In this document: positions 61,995-64,000 of the stretch, one piece after another
Layout: every line of letters begins with the position of its first letter
Position numbering within the stretch: the first letter of the stretch is position 1
Assembly (NCBI GenBank): GCA_003427395.1
Contig: BFEA01000007.1
Coordinates: 6,297,115-6,361,114, forward strand
DNA: 64,000 nucleotides
DNA from: Chara braunii
Taxonomy: Eukaryota > Plantae > Charophyceae
Direction: 5' to 3'
Notes under the pieces: model-generated
What the model was told of the DNA's origin: nothing
Databases searched by the model: none
What the model saw: the letters and a program-made list of their open reading frames with translations, nothing else
Program-made: the position numbers and the translations under genes

Positions 61995-62639
61995 TCAATC
62001 CAGAATGGTGTCGGGGAAGGGTAGTCTGATTACGGGCTGGGGAGGGGAGGAATGTACCTGGGGAAAGAGAGGCATGAAGCTATAAATCTCCCTACCGTCA
62101 CTAGGGAGCGGGAGGTAGTAGATGGAGCGATGGGTATGAGGAAAGCGAGGGTGTCGTCGTTGGTGGGGGAGGGAAGCAAGGTAGTCGGGGTAAAGGGTGG
62201 CGATGGTACGACGAATGACTGTGCGAAAATTGTCATAATCCTCGCACGCAGGGATCGTGCCAGAGACGATGCAATAAACCTCCATGTGATTGAACTCCCG
62301 CCAATCGACGTTAAAGAGTAGGACATGGAGAGGAAAGGAAGTGACAATCGAACGGGTAGTAGTCTGAGGAAAGATAGTGATCAGAAGTCGGCTGGCATAT
62401 CGATGATAGAAGAGGGGAAGAGGAAACGGGTGCCACCTATTGGGGAACGGGGGTCGGCCTACAAGCTGCTGGACGGTGAGGAAATCATGGGGACGACGGG
62501 ATAATAACCGGGGACGAAGCCCGATCGCCCGCATTTCGACGTAAACGAAGGGTGGCAAGGGAGGGTGAGGAGGATTGAGAGGGGGATGCACTTCTTTGGC
62601 GGCGGTGGCTTGTTGAGGGCTCGGCTGCGGCGGCTCCAT
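61995..62639 (-). CDS. Hypothetical Pro-rich protein, probably a retrotransposon accessory ORF
   Basis: Intact 214-aa ATG ORF overlapping the upstream ORF. Confidence 0.5.
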   Translation of the reverse strand: MEPPQPSPQQATAAKEVHPPLNPPHPPLPPFVYVEMRAIGLRPRLLSRRPHDFLTVQQLVGRPPFPNRWHPFPLPLFYHRYASRLLITIFPQTTTRSIVTSFPLHVLLFNVDWREFNHMEVYCIVSGTIPACEDYDNFRTVIRRTIATLYPDYLASLPHQRRHPRFPHTHRSIYYLPLPSDGREIYSFMPLFPQVHSSPPQPVIRLPFPDTILD

Positions 62640-63566
62640 CTCTCTTGTCTTCTTCCCGTGGAGGCTCCGAATTGAGTGCAGGATTTCCCTGCAGCAGCTG
62701 TCGTGGTGGTCCTGAGTCCTTGACTGGACGTTTGCCTTCCGCCTTTTCCCGCTGCTTCTGGTCCTCAGCTTCCTGCTCCTCCCTCGTCAACTTAGTCGAC
62801 GTGGCTTCCTCCTCCGAGTCGTCCTCCTGTTCCTCGTTGTCTTCCCCCGATCCAACCTCTTCCAACACCTCGTCAGCGGACTCTTAGTAGTCAGGATCGT
62901 CGTTCCGCTCCTCCTCTTTTGCCGACTCCTCGGATTCTTCATCCTCCTCCTCCTGTACCTCCTCGCTGGTCTGTCCTTCAGGGACGCGTCGAACGAGCGG
63001 GTCCCACGTGGACAGATCGGTAACGTCGACTGTTAGAAACACACCCCTCAAGGGCAAATAGTAGCTTCCCTCGTCTAACTCCGTACACGTGGACCACAAA
63101 AGGTGCGGCTCCAAGGAGCGAGTAAGCGTCTCCGCTCCTGGACTTTCGTCGCAGCGCGACAGGATCCCCAGCGGCAGATCGTCCTGAACTTGGACCAGGA
63201 ATATCAGCAACTCGTCCGTGATGGCGCTCAAGTTGTCGTCTCTCACTTCCCCAAATATAATTCCCAGAAAATATCCCTCCGTACCTGTTCTCCACGCTTG
63301 AACGAGTAGCAGCTCTACCTCATCGTCTGGAACCTCGCCTTCCACGGTCCGATCTGCAGGCTCAGCCCAATGGAACGCGACGTCGAGAAGGCAAAAGCTA
63401 AGGGCCACGTAAGCTTGCCACTGCCACCACCGGCCCACGGCAGCGCGCTCAGGATCGGCACGTCCAGGTGCTTGATCGTGAAGGACAGAGATGTGTCAAC
63501 ATCAGACTGCCAGAACACGGGGACATACGAAGGGAGGGTGAAGGTGGAAAGGCGATGGTGGTTCAT
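62485..63566 (-). pseudogene. Hypothetical protein with acidic C-terminus (one frameshift, one stop), probably a retrotransposon accessory ORF
   Basis: 63315-63566, 62884-63438 and 62485-62868 join into one reading unit (...HWAEPAD...VELLLVQAWRT...EPHLLWSTC... then an E/D-rich tail). Confidence 0.55.
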
Positions 63567-63817
63567 CGAGGCGGGGCGAAAGGAAGGAGCTCAGGAAGGT
63601 CGATATCGTTAGTCGTTACAATCCGATCGCGCGGTCGAGCCAACAATTGCACCCAAGCCCTCGTGATATCCGTTGCCCAGGCTCTTAGCTGTCGGAAGAT
63701 CTCGGTATGGCTCCCCGAATGCAGAGAGGTAAGGTCGCCCGTGAAGACAATGATGACCGACATGTGGCTTTCTCCAAGGGGAAACAGTCGCAAAAAGGTC
63801 GACACCTTGGCCAACAC
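63563..63817 (-). CDS. Hypothetical ORF fragment coupled to the next ORF by an ATGA overlap
   Basis: Its stop (63563-63565) overlaps the ATG at 63566. Confidence 0.4.
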   Translation of the reverse strand: MLAKVSTFLRLFPLGESHMSVIIVFTGDLTSLHSGSHTEIFRQLRAWATDITRAWVQLLARPRDRIVTTNDIDLPELLPFAPPR

Positions 63818-64000
63818 ACGTGTCTCTCCAGTTGCCGTGAATCAAAATCCGGTCGCCGTGTGAATGGCCGCTGTGTTGAAGAAGGCAGCGAATCGGAGTA
63901 GATCCGGACTCACTCGGGGACGCCGTACTTTCCGGATGAATAAAGTCGGATGAGTCTTCACACTACTTCCGATGAATAAGATGAGCAAAATCAGACGGAT

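Overview
Repeat-dense, gene-poor eukaryotic DNA made almost entirely of nested transposons. The Ty3/gypsy pol motifs, microsatellites and N gaps resemble a charophyte (Chara-like) assembly, which is an inference. No intact host gene was recognised. Main contents: (1) a ~22.5-kb + strand Ty3/gypsy LTR retrotransposon (6240-28736) with very long LTRs (4.8 and 5.6 kb) carrying internal tandem arrays, a tRNA-Asp PBS, a hairpin-rich leader and a decayed gag-pol. Between its leader and gag lies a ~3.5-kb cassette of six tightly coupled accessory ORFs, four of which are paralogues of one unrecognised protein family. It inserted into a small TIR element (8-bp TSD), which had itself split an older ORF. 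(2) A decayed - strand Ty3/gypsy gag-pol of the same clade (~37150-44357). Its pol carries one copy of a 9-bp-TSD foldback element and a second copy lies upstream, next to an array of covarying bulged CACA-loop hairpins. (3) Two hAT-like non-autonomous elements; one contains a TA-flanked insert with a type III hammerhead ribozyme core cut by an assembly gap. (4) A - strand Helitron Rep/PIF1 pseudogene with an adjacent unknown ORF. (5) A cluster of overlapping unknown ORFs at the right edge, plus several satellites. Best leads: the paralogous accessory-ORF cassette (12794-16309) and the hammerhead (51402-51448).
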